This document shows positions 1-7,555 of a stretch of DNA of 34,775 nt, one piece after another. Positions within the stretch are counted from its first letter, which is position 1; every line of letters begins with the position of its first letter. Origin of the DNA: a virus (lineage: Duplodnaviria; Caudoviricetes); IMG/VR virus record IMGVR_UViG_3300020388_000033, positions 1 to 34,775 of that record; one strand, given 5' to 3'. Below the pieces are notes generated by a model that saw nothing but the letters and a program-made list of their open reading frames with translations, was not told the origin of the DNA and searched no databases. The position numbers and the translations under genes are program-made.

Positions 1-2
1 GA

Positions 3-1124
3 GGCGACGAGAATGGGCATCACTTCACACTAGACGATACACGAATAGTAGATGAAGCGTGGGTCCGTCTAAACGGATACGAAGTTGGCATCCCACAAAT
101 CGAACAGCTATGGGTCTGCATGACAGTCTTAGACGAAGAAGCAATCATCAGATTCCAACTCAATCCATACGGCAGACAGTTCCCAGTAGCATTTGGTGGT
201 CTATACAACGACCAGCACAAGACATACAGTCAATCTTTGTATGACTTGTTACTACCAATGCACGAGATATCAACTTGGTTACTGCGTTCAAGAATCGACA
301 ACGTACAAGCGGCACTTAACAATCTTATCTTCGTAGACCCTACGTCGGTAAGTGTTCCAGACTTGATTGACCGAAATCCTTGGGGCGTTGTAAGGACTTT
401 GCCAGGAACAAAGCCAGGAGACGGCATATTCATAGCCGAAGTTCCCGACGTAACAAGGGGACACTGGAACGACATAGCCGCAATGTCAGACTTAAAACAA
501 CGAGTGAGTGCGGCATCTGACGCACAGCAAGGGGTTCCGACTGCTGATGGCATAAGAACCGCTACAGAAATACAACGACTAACTCAGTTAGGCTCTCAAC
601 GACTAGGCGTATTAGCTAGAATACTGTCAGCACAATCAATCCGACCAGTGGCAAGAATGATGGTCGCAAACTTACAAGATGCACTTGAGTACGAAGGCTC
701 ACTACGAATGCAAGATGGAGCTTCCTCCCCTGGTGAACTCATAAACAACATTGACGACGGATACTTAGATTTTGATGTTTCGATGTTGCAAGGAGAGATA
801 GATTACCTCGTCGTAGACGGAACTTTACCAGTAGAGCCGACTAAGAACGCAGAGACTTGGATGAATATGTTGCAAGTTGTAGGTCAATCTGGTCTTCAGA
901 TGGAATACAAAACCAGCAGAATCATTGAAGAAGCTATCAGAGCTATGGGCGTTAGCGACGTAGACCAATTTAAAATTAGCAAAGAAGAGTCAAAGCAAGG
1001 AATGACACCATCACAACAGATGGCACTCATGGAAAAAGCTCGTGGAGCGAACGTAATGCCCGAAGAGCAAATGCAACAAGAAATACAAAAGGGTAATTTA
1101 AAGCCAGCGAGGGAGAATATGTAA
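3..1124 (+). CDS. Portal (head-tail connector) protein, 5'-truncated by the window edge
   Basis: The frame of the 120..1124 ORF is open back to position 3 (GDENGHHFTLDDTRIVDEAWVRL...). It has podovirus portal-like C-terminal motifs (QQGVP..RTATEIQRL, R-LG-LAR, G-IDY-V-DG) and lies at the head of the morphogenesis module. Confidence 0.85.
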   Translation, partial: GDENGHHFTLDDTRIVDEAWVRLNGYEVGIPQIEQLWVCMTVLDEEAIIRFQLNPYGRQFPVAFGGLYNDQHKTYSQSLYDLLLPMHEISTWLLRSRIDNVQAALNNLIFVDPTSVSVPDLIDRNPWGVVRTLPGTKPGDGIFIAEVPDVTRGHWNDIAAMSDLKQRVSAASDAQQGVPTADGIRTATEIQRLTQLGSQRLGVLARILSAQSIRPVARMMVANLQDALEYEGSLRMQDGASSPGELINNIDDGYLDFDVSMLQGEIDYLVVDGTLPVEPTKNAETWMNMLQVVGQSGLQMEYKTSRIIEEAIRAMGVSDVDQFKISKEESKQGMTPSQQMALMEKARGANVMPEEQMQQEIQKGNLKPARENM

Positions 1125-1408
1125 TGACTATACCTGACCCAGACAGCTTGTCCCCAAAACTCTCAGGGTCACAACGAGAGTACATAAGGGCAGTAGCAAA
1201 CTACGCCGCTAAAACGGCTAGAGAAGAATTAAGAACTGAGTTCATAAACCTTCTGCGTAAATCGAATGAACCAACTGTTACAGACAAAAAGGTTGAAGAA
1301 CTCATACGCAGAATGGATTTACTAGAAGTTCGGTACAAAGAGGACGACAAGTTTACCCTAACAAGTGCTAAAATAAACGCACTGATAGAAGAAAAGGGTA
1401 TTAAATAA
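1124..1408 (+). CDS. Hypothetical protein (94 aa, helical)
   Basis: TAATG-coupled to the portal stop with GGGAG upstream, and TAATG-coupled to the next gene. Confidence 0.75.
   Translation: MTIPDPDSLSPKLSGSQREYIRAVANYAAKTAREELRTEFINLLRKSNEPTVTDKKVEELIRRMDLLEVRYKEDDKFTLTSAKINALIEEKGIK
1342..1374 (+). promoter_or_regulatory. Putative late promoter GGACGAC-N20-TAAAAT with extended -10 (TGn)
   Basis: Same bipartite motif as at 7400, 8735 and 21217. It lies about 35 nt upstream of the fibre cassette start at 1408. Confidence 0.5.
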
Positions 1409-1923
1409 TGGCTTTTACCAGACCAACTACAGACCAAGTTAACTTTAGGTCTTCCACCACTGGTACACATTTACTTGATACATATCTTGAGGCTTGTGAA
1501 AAGGGTGGCTTCACACTTCCTGTTTTGATGGACAACTTGTTCTCAAGCACAGGAGGTCTTAACGCTAATGCAGTTTCTTTCAGAGTTAAGCCCAGCGATG
1601 TAAACAATACGTTTCAAGCTAGGTTTGGAATATACACCGACCCTAACTTAGGCTGGTTCGACACTAATCAGTTTTTCTTTAGGCAGAAAGGTGCATACGC
1701 CGCTGGAGTAGCATACGAACGATTGGACATGGTTCAGTCAGGACAGAAAAGTTTTGTTTGTATTGAAGCACATACTGGACCAGCGGTGATAGACCAAACA
1801 AAGTTTGAAGTTTTTTTCGATGGGGACGACTTATTCACCGAAATAAGTCAATTTAGAATTAACAGTGAGCCAAGAATAGATTTGTTAGAAGAGTTTGTTC
1901 TGCTCAAAATTGATGTTTTGTAG
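1408..1923 (+). CDS. Virion structural protein, putative fibre adaptor; N-terminal domain paralogous to the 11935 fibre, C-terminal CBM5/12-like module
   Basis: Shares Y-x4-E-x-G-x2-T...LF...DVN..Q.R.G.Y.D...GW...FFF with 11935..13773. KGAYAAGVAYERLDMVQSGQKSFVCIEAHT resembles the small CBM5/12-like module common in phage fibres. Confidence 0.6.
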   Translation: MAFTRPTTDQVNFRSSTTGTHLLDTYLEACEKGGFTLPVLMDNLFSSTGGLNANAVSFRVKPSDVNNTFQARFGIYTDPNLGWFDTNQFFFRQKGAYAAGVAYERLDMVQSGQKSFVCIEAHTGPAVIDQTKFEVFFDGDDLFTEISQFRINSEPRIDLLEEFVLLKIDVL

Positions 1924-1934
1924 GAGGCTTATAA

Positions 1935-4577
1935 ATGTCTACATCAACTCTTAGAGAACTTGTCGAGTCAATAAAGACGCAAGGCAAGACATTAGCAAAT
2001 GCTACGGGAGCCAGTGCCGCAACAGCACGGGACCTAGTTTATTTATCAACGTCAGTCGAACGACTGTTTGGAGCAGACGCAATACTAGAGCTAGTAGATA
2101 GTGCGGCTAAACCAGTGGAAGTTGTAAGTGCGGCTCTTGCATCAACGCAAGCGGTAACACTCACAACAGACCAAGTCACAAAGACTGTTATCAAATTTAC
2201 GAACACAAGTGGAACACACTCTGCTTCAGATTTCACAGCTACAATACCGAATCAAGGTGTGGCTTTCGTCGTAGACAACGAAATGCCAGTACCAGTCAAA
2301 TTCAAAACATCAACTCAATCATCCAACATCGTACAAATCGGTGCTGGTAAAAAAGGCTGGGTGTTCTGTGACGGAACAGTTGTAGAGCATGTAGTTGACA
2401 TTGAAGGGATTACCAGTGCGTTAACCTCCCCCACTGTAAACCCTGGAGATATGATTTACCGAGATGGCAAAGCCAGCGGTTCTACAGAATATTACAACGT
2501 TTATGTAAGAAAATACGGCGGACAGAACTACTATTACTTTGCTCCGTACAGTGGTTACTCAAGCATGGGCGGTTCTTATAATTATCAAAAAACACCTAAC
2601 TTTATCTTGTACCCAGGCGTTACTTATCGTTTCTATCAGGAAGATGGAACAAACACTGGGCACCCACTAAAGTTCTCAACAACACAACATGGCACACATG
2701 CCAGCCCAGCGGGTACAGAATTGTTGGATATCAATAGCGATAGCACCAACGACATCACCTACGCTGGAACTCCTGGTAGCTCAGGTGCTTACACACAGCT
2801 TGTTATACCAACAACAGGCACAAATGTTTCAACCTTTTACTACTATTGCACTAACCACAACTTAATGGGTGGGACTGGCACTGTCTCAGTACCTTCTAGC
2901 GTTGGTGTAACAAAGCTACCAATAGGTCAATCTCAACAGGTTCTAAGAGTTTCTGACGATGGAAACCGACCTTCTTGGTCTTATAGTTATGTAGATGGTG
3001 GGGCAAACGTTGGAGCCGCCGCTCCGCCTCACGACGTAACAGGAACTTGGTCAGAGGGAAGATTCAGGATGGCGACTCTGATATCAGACGCTACAGAATA
3101 TCCTCATGCCGCTAATAAAGGAACTTACAACGCTGGTCATACTAACGAAATGGGTTATAGAGGTTCCGCAATGCTTTATTGGGCAAACGGAAAAACTCAT
3201 GGCAGTGCTTGGGGTCACTTAAACGAGGGCAGAAACGGAGCCGATGGCGATAAGTATGGTGCCTATAGTGGTTGCCCATTAAATTATTCATATGGAAATG
3301 GGGCGGGAGTAGATGGAACAGACCCCGCACAACAAAAATATGCAGACTATGACACTAAGCAAATCATCACTTCTTATGGCAACACAGCTTTATTGCTTGA
3401 AGACGGAAGTATATGGGTTGCTGGAAGAGGAGACGAAGGTCAAATCGGAAACGGCACAGTCACTGATACCTATGGATTTGGAAAGGTAAACATGCCAAGT
3501 GCGGCTGGACCAATCAGATACATAGTCACTACCGCTCAGTATCCAGTTGGTAACGTCACGTTCGGTGCTCTAACAGAGTCAGGAGACGTTTATCTCTGGG
3601 GTTACAATGCCTATGGACAGTGTGGAAGCAATTACGGAACAAACCAAAGCACTCCAGTAAAACATGCTGGTCTATCAAACATTGACTCATTAGTCGGAGG
3701 TGCTGGTGGACAGTATGGAATGTGGGGAGCAATCGACACTAGTGGTAATGCTTACACATGGGGCTACAACGGCTATGGGCAACTAGGTCATGGAAACACA
3801 ACCAGCACAGCAACAGCTACTCAAGTATCGCCACAATCTGGCGTAAAGGTAGCAAAGATTATTATCGCTGGTGGCGGTTCTTATGGAAACAGCTTCTTCC
3901 TGATGGCTAATGGTCGTTTATATGGTTGCGGATTTAACACATACGGAAACATAGGTGACGGCTCTACAACTCAGAGAAACAGCCCAGTTCTTGTATCTAA
4001 TCTAGGATTACAAGCTAATCAGTACGTCGTAGATATGTTTGCACCAGGCGGAGCTTACCTTGACGCTATTAGAATGGCTGTCACAGATAACGGCGACGTT
4101 TGGGGATGGGGACAAAATGCAAGAGGTGCTGTGGGTGTCGGTAATGCAACCCAAATTAACAGCCCAGTAATTGTGCCTGAACTTAAATTCATCAGTCATT
4201 TTACGTCTTCGGGTACTACCACTAGCACATCTTATTACTACAATACCTACATGGCTGTCTGTCATAGAAACTTTGTGGATAGGGAATTGCGTATCAACGG
4301 CACACTAAAATCTGCTGGTTACGGCTCTCCAACAATGGGTAGATATAATATACCTACTAACAACCAGACTTATCTGCCAGTATTCTTGGACGCTAGAGCT
4401 TCTGGAAGAATCAGGTATGCTTGGGGCGGCGGATATCACTCTAGTAGTACACAAGAGATGAGCCGATATTGCATTGACATGGATGGACGGCTTTGGGCTT
4501 GGGGATACAATTCAAATGGTTCTGTAATGAACGAATCAAGTATCAGTCCTTATCTCCCACACATAGCGTCAAAGTAA
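1935..4577 (+). CDS. Fibre/receptor-binding protein with cupredoxin-like domain and C-terminal RCC1/BLIP-II-type beta-propeller
   Basis: AGGAGG RBS. About 7 repeats of type xxxDGxV(Y/W)xWGYNxxGQ(L/I)G in the C-terminal half, and a GHPL...YYYCTNHNLMGG module. Gly/Thr/Ser/Tyr-rich. Confidence 0.8.
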   Translation: MSTSTLRELVESIKTQGKTLANATGASAATARDLVYLSTSVERLFGADAILELVDSAAKPVEVVSAALASTQAVTLTTDQVTKTVIKFTNTSGTHSASDFTATIPNQGVAFVVDNEMPVPVKFKTSTQSSNIVQIGAGKKGWVFCDGTVVEHVVDIEGITSALTSPTVNPGDMIYRDGKASGSTEYYNVYVRKYGGQNYYYFAPYSGYSSMGGSYNYQKTPNFILYPGVTYRFYQEDGTNTGHPLKFSTTQHGTHASPAGTELLDINSDSTNDITYAGTPGSSGAYTQLVIPTTGTNVSTFYYYCTNHNLMGGTGTVSVPSSVGVTKLPIGQSQQVLRVSDDGNRPSWSYSYVDGGANVGAAAPPHDVTGTWSEGRFRMATLISDATEYPHAANKGTYNAGHTNEMGYRGSAMLYWANGKTHGSAWGHLNEGRNGADGDKYGAYSGCPLNYSYGNGAGVDGTDPAQQKYADYDTKQIITSYGNTALLLEDGSIWVAGRGDEGQIGNGTVTDTYGFGKVNMPSAAGPIRYIVTTAQYPVGNVTFGALTESGDVYLWGYNAYGQCGSNYGTNQSTPVKHAGLSNIDSLVGGAGGQYGMWGAIDTSGNAYTWGYNGYGQLGHGNTTSTATATQVSPQSGVKVAKIIIAGGGSYGNSFFLMANGRLYGCGFNTYGNIGDGSTTQRNSPVLVSNLGLQANQYVVDMFAPGGAYLDAIRMAVTDNGDVWGWGQNARGAVGVGNATQINSPVIVPELKFISHFTSSGTTTSTSYYYNTYMAVCHRNFVDRELRINGTLKSAGYGSPTMGRYNIPTNNQTYLPVFLDARASGRIRYAWGGGYHSSSTQEMSRYCIDMDGRLWAWGYNSNGSVMNESSISPYLPHIASK

Positions 4578-4586
4578 GGAGGAACT

Positions 4587-4970
4587 ATGGCTAACTTAGA
4601 ATCATATTCAGGAACAAAGGACAAGGATGGGAAAATAGAAGGTAACTACCTTCCTACACCCAGAACCTTTGTTAGTATAGGTAAACTCCCCTCAACTTGG
4701 GGAAACGAAAACCTAACAGAAATGGGTATTACCTTACTGTTTTCCAAAGACGGAATGCACTGGGGTTCTGTTGATACTGCTATATACAACGCCGCTTTAA
4801 AAAAGAAGTATGCGTTGGCTGACGAAAAAAATAACTATGTTATGAGCATGGCGTTAGAATTAGCACCAAAGTGTCGAGGTAACACCGCCTCCGCTAACGA
4901 AGACTGGGGCATTAAGGTTGACGCTGACAAATTGGCGGATGACCAAAAGACTTACGAAGACGCTCTATAA
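4587..4970 (+). CDS. Hypothetical protein, possible fibre chaperone or accessory
   Basis: AAGGAGG RBS directly after the fibre gene. The function is inferred from position only. Confidence 0.7.
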   Translation: MANLESYSGTKDKDGKIEGNYLPTPRTFVSIGKLPSTWGNENLTEMGITLLFSKDGMHWGSVDTAIYNAALKKKYALADEKNNYVMSMALELAPKCRGNTASANEDWGIKVDADKLADDQKTYEDAL

Positions 4971-5224
4971 TGAGTAGGAAATCTTTGACAGACGAACAGT
5001 TAGAGTCTCTGTTAGAGAGAGCATCACACAAGGGTGCCCAAAGAGCACTTGCCGATATAGGTCTTCAAGACACTAATGCTGTCCACGACATAAAAGACTT
5101 ACGGAATTTAATTGATGGCTATCGTGAATTAAAGAGGACAGTGGCAAGCACTGTTCTTAAATGGTTCGTTGTAGCTTTTTTGGGTTTTGTTTCTCTCGCA
5201 GTTTGGACTCAGATAAAGGATTAG
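4970..5224 (+). CDS. Small membrane protein, DUF6127-like (single C-terminal TM, possibly holin-like)
   Basis: LERA-x2-GA-x-RALADIGL...DI-x-DLR-L pattern recalled as DUF6127, followed by hydrophobic WFVVAFLGFVSLAVW. Confidence 0.65.
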   Translation: MSRKSLTDEQLESLLERASHKGAQRALADIGLQDTNAVHDIKDLRNLIDGYRELKRTVASTVLKWFVVAFLGFVSLAVWTQIKD

Positions 5225-5226
5225 TT

Positions 5227-5385
5227 ATGGCGGCTAAAAAAGGTAAAAAGGACGCTTGCTACCACAAGGTAAAGTCTCGCTATAGAGTTTTTCCATCAGC
5301 TTATGCTTCAGGAGCCTTGGTCTCTTGCCGAAAAGTTGGAGCCGCAAACTGGGGCACAAAGTCTAAAAAGAAAGGCAAAGCATAA
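5227..5385 (+). CDS. Small basic protein (52 aa, MAAKKGKKDACYHKVKSRY...PSAYASGALV.CRK.GAANWG)
   Basis: ATG at 5227 preceded by AAGGA is a better start than 5161. The motif is recalled from other aquatic phages. Confidence 0.75.
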   Translation: MAAKKGKKDACYHKVKSRYRVFPSAYASGALVSCRKVGAANWGTKSKKKGKA

Positions 5386-5513
5386 TGCCTTTTAAAAAAT
5401 ACAGTGCAAAACAAAAGAAATTAGCAAAAGTTGCACCGCCAAGAAATAAGATTACTGGTGCAGACCTAAAGAAACTTCGCAAGAAGCCAACCCCGAAAAG
5501 AAGGAGAAAGTAA
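5385..5513 (+). CDS. Lys/Arg-rich micro-protein MPFKKYSAKQKKLAKVAPPRNKITGADLKKLRKKPTPKRRRK (42 aa)
   Basis: Hand-translated and below the ORF-track cutoff. TAATG-coupled to the previous gene; 18 of 42 residues are K/R. Confidence 0.7.
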   Translation: MPFKKYSAKQKKLAKVAPPRNKITGADLKKLRKKPTPKRRRK

Positions 5514-5514
5514 G

Positions 5515-5628
5515 ATGCCTATCGTTATTAAAGAGTTAAAGCCAAAAAAGAAAAAAATGCCTCTTCCTAAGAAGAAGCCAGCTATGCCTAAAAAGAAAAA
5601 GCCAGCCATGAAAAAGAAGAAGTATTAA
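5515..5628 (+). CDS. Lys-rich micro-protein MPIVIKELKPKKKKMPLPKKKPAMPKKKKPAMKKKKY (37 aa)
   Basis: AAGGAG RBS at 5501-5506; starts 1 nt after the previous stop; 17 of 37 residues are Lys; KKKPAM repeats. Confidence 0.7.
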   Translation: MPIVIKELKPKKKKMPLPKKKPAMPKKKKPAMKKKKY

Positions 5629-5629
5629 A

Positions 5630-5764
5630 ATGCCTGGTGTAATGAAGAAAAAGTTTCCCTATACCCCCGCTGGTATAGCGGCGGCAAAAGTTTACGCCAA
5701 GAAGACTGGTGGAAAACTAATTATGGAAGACAAAAAAAGTGGCTACGGCAAAAAGAAAAAGTGA
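5630..5764 (+). CDS. Lys-rich micro-protein MPGVMKKKFPYTPAGIAAAKVYAKKTGGKLIMEDKKSGYGKKKK (44 aa)
   Basis: Starts 1 nt after the previous stop. The F-x-YT-x2-G-x-AAAK-x-YAKKTG pattern is recalled from small marine phage ORFs. Confidence 0.7.
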   Translation: MPGVMKKKFPYTPAGIAAAKVYAKKTGGKLIMEDKKSGYGKKKK

Positions 5765-5960
5765 TAGTAGTGACGGCTTACGCAAATGGTTCTCTCGGAA
5801 CAATGGCAAAGGCTGGATAGATTGCAAGACAGGAAAACCTTGTGGTAGGCAAAAGGGCGAGAAACGTAAGGGTTACCCAGCTTGCAGACCGACGAAGGCT
5901 CAGTGCAACTCATCCGCTTCCAAAAAGAAAGGACCAGCTAGAATTAGTTGGAAAAAATGA
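5739..5960 (+). CDS. Small basic Cys-containing protein (GLRKWF...WID.KTGKPCGR...YPACRP; DUF5872-like)
   Basis: GTG start overlapping the previous ORF, and ATGA overlap with the next gene. Family assignment is from recall. Confidence 0.7.
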   Translation: MATAKRKSDSSDGLRKWFSRNNGKGWIDCKTGKPCGRQKGEKRKGYPACRPTKAQCNSSASKKKGPARISWKK

Positions 5961-6229
5961 ACAACGTAGAGAAAAAAAGAAAACTAAACGACTTGCTAAA
6001 GTCTGATGGCTGGAGTGTAATCCAACAGAAGATGCAAGAAGAAATTTTATCTGCCGCCTATCAGTTAGCAGAAAATAAGATACTAACGATAGACGAGATA
6101 AACTTTAGACGGGGTGCAATGTTTGCGGCTCGTCGTTTCATGGAACTGCCGAAGAATTTAGACTTACTATTAGACAACGAAATACTAATGGAAAGTGCAA
6201 TAAAGACAGAGGCAGAGACTCAACAATAG
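5957..6229 (+). CDS. Hypothetical head-module protein preceding scaffold (90 aa)
   Basis: ATGA overlap at 5957-5960. Helical protein with an S-x-GW motif, in the position of small pre-scaffold genes of podoviruses. Confidence 0.75.
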   Translation: MNNVEKKRKLNDLLKSDGWSVIQQKMQEEILSAAYQLAENKILTIDEINFRRGAMFAARRFMELPKNLDLLLDNEILMESAIKTEAETQQ

Positions 6230-6265
6230 GACGCTACGGCTTCCACATCGTTCGCTACGGCTAAC
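6229..6265 (+). repeat. Tandem CGCTACGGCT elements, each a cUACGg tetraloop hairpin, abutting the scaffold RBS
   Basis: GGA-C-GC(TACG)GC-T-TCC at 6229-6244 and GTT-C-GC(TACG)GC-T-AAC at 6250-6265, followed by AAAGGAG at 6266-6272. Confidence 0.75.
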
Positions 6266-6278
6266 AAAGGAGATAAAA

Positions 6279-7397
6279 ATGGCAGAACTAAACCAACAAG
6301 ATAAGGCGATGATTGACGCACTAGCTGGTCAACAGCTAGGAGATGCAAACGCTACGGCTCCAGCACCTCAAGCACCACCTGAAGGTATGCCACCTCAAGG
6401 ACAACCGCCACAACAACCCCAAGCACAGCAAGCAGAGGCACCAGAAGTACCTACTGAAGTAGAAAAAGCCCAAGCATCTGTGTCGCCTACTACCGAGGCG
6501 GACAACTCTCTGGATGAGAGCGTAACAATGGTAAAAGTAGACTTTGGCGATGGAGATGTCAGAGACTTGTCTACTAATCAAATCAAAGAAACATTCGGTA
6601 GATACAAAGACGCAAACTACAAGTTGATGCAACAAAAGCCTATGGAACCAGCTATGAAGTACATCCAGTCAATTATGGATGGTGCTAGTAAGAATGGTCA
6701 AAAGGTAGGTGCAGACGACGTAGTTCAATTCTTGCAAGCCGCCGCACAAGCGGCTCTGAAAAACCCTACTATGGGTCAACAGAAAGACCCAACACCTGAC
6801 AGACAAGGTACACCAGTCACCAACATGGCTAACCTTGACAGTGAGTTTGAGACTCAAATCAAAAGATGGGAAGAGGAAAACGCAGTATCCTTGCCACCTA
6901 TGATGCGAGAGGGTTACAAAACAATACAAGCATTACAGTCTGATAACGCAAACATGAGACAGACTCTGAACCAATTCTTGGCTTCTGCTGGACAGATAAA
7001 TCAAGATGCGGCTAAAGCTACAATGCAAGCAGAGACACAAGCTCAAGATGCATATAGGCAAACTGCGGCTAACAACCTCAACGAAGCACAGGCAAAATAC
7101 CAATTACCCGACGAGCAAAGCGACGACTTCTTTACGTTTGCTTTTGAACGGGGTTTTAGTAACGAAGATTTTATAGATGCTGGATTAGTCGATAAAATTA
7201 TGGGTGACTTTGTAGCTGTACGAGGCACACCAGAAATGGAACGACTAAAAGATATGGCAAAAAGACGAGTAGCATTCACAGGAAACATAAATGCTACCCC
7301 AGGGTCATCTGCTGGAGGAGCACAGAGCAAAGACCCAAGCATGGATTTCATCAACAAGGTTGCTGATGAAGCTATGGCTAAGAAAAATATGATGTAA
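6279..7397 (+). CDS. Capsid scaffolding protein
   Basis: Immediately upstream of the MCP. P/Q/A-rich disordered acidic N-terminus, V-x-V...DG-x-V motif, coiled-coil body and low-complexity C-terminal tail. Confidence 0.75.
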   Translation: MAELNQQDKAMIDALAGQQLGDANATAPAPQAPPEGMPPQGQPPQQPQAQQAEAPEVPTEVEKAQASVSPTTEADNSLDESVTMVKVDFGDGDVRDLSTNQIKETFGRYKDANYKLMQQKPMEPAMKYIQSIMDGASKNGQKVGADDVVQFLQAAAQAALKNPTMGQQKDPTPDRQGTPVTNMANLDSEFETQIKRWEEENAVSLPPMMREGYKTIQALQSDNANMRQTLNQFLASAGQINQDAAKATMQAETQAQDAYRQTAANNLNEAQAKYQLPDEQSDDFFTFAFERGFSNEDFIDAGLVDKIMGDFVAVRGTPEMERLKDMAKRRVAFTGNINATPGSSAGGAQSKDPSMDFINKVADEAMAKKNMM

Positions 7398-7399
7398 GG

Positions 7400-7432
7400 G
7401 GACGACTTAAAGTTAAAGTTGTTCTCTAATAT
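7400..7432 (+). promoter_or_regulatory. Putative late promoter GGACGAC-N20-TAATAT for the capsid gene
   Basis: Begins just after the scaffold stop in a 158-nt intergenic region; recurring motif. Confidence 0.6.
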
Positions 7433-7437
7433 AAATA

Positions 7438-7467
7438 ACACGAGACGCTACGGCTTCATATTCGTGT
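7438..7467 (+). promoter_or_regulatory. 5' leader hairpin containing the CGCTACGGCT element
   Basis: ACACGA/TCGTGT outer stem enclosing GA-C-GC(TACG)GC-T-TC. It begins at the expected transcription start of the upstream promoter motif. Confidence 0.6.
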
Positions 7468-7555
7468 GCGGGTTTATCAAATTTACTTTGCTGAAAGCAG
7501 TTTGTTTGTGAGCACCCAGTTATGAAAACGCAATTTATCGCTAAAGGAGGTCAAC

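Noticed and set aside
1935-4577. Diversity-generating retroelement target in the fibre gene
   Set aside because: No reverse transcriptase and no TR/VR repeat pair were seen in the window.
5161-5226. Upstream start for the 5161..5385 ORF; likewise the 5948 and 8796 starts
   Set aside because: Better RBS-supported or overlap-coupled ATGs exist at 5227, 5957 and 8808.
5742-5749. GCTACGGC core near the start of the 5739 ORF
   Set aside because: It lacks the flanking C and T and the outer stem of the four full copies, and lies in a doubly coding overlap.
6229-6359. Short repeats read as a CRISPR-like mini-array
   Set aside because: The repeats are only 10 nt with irregular spacing (21 and 97 nt), and there are no cas genes.
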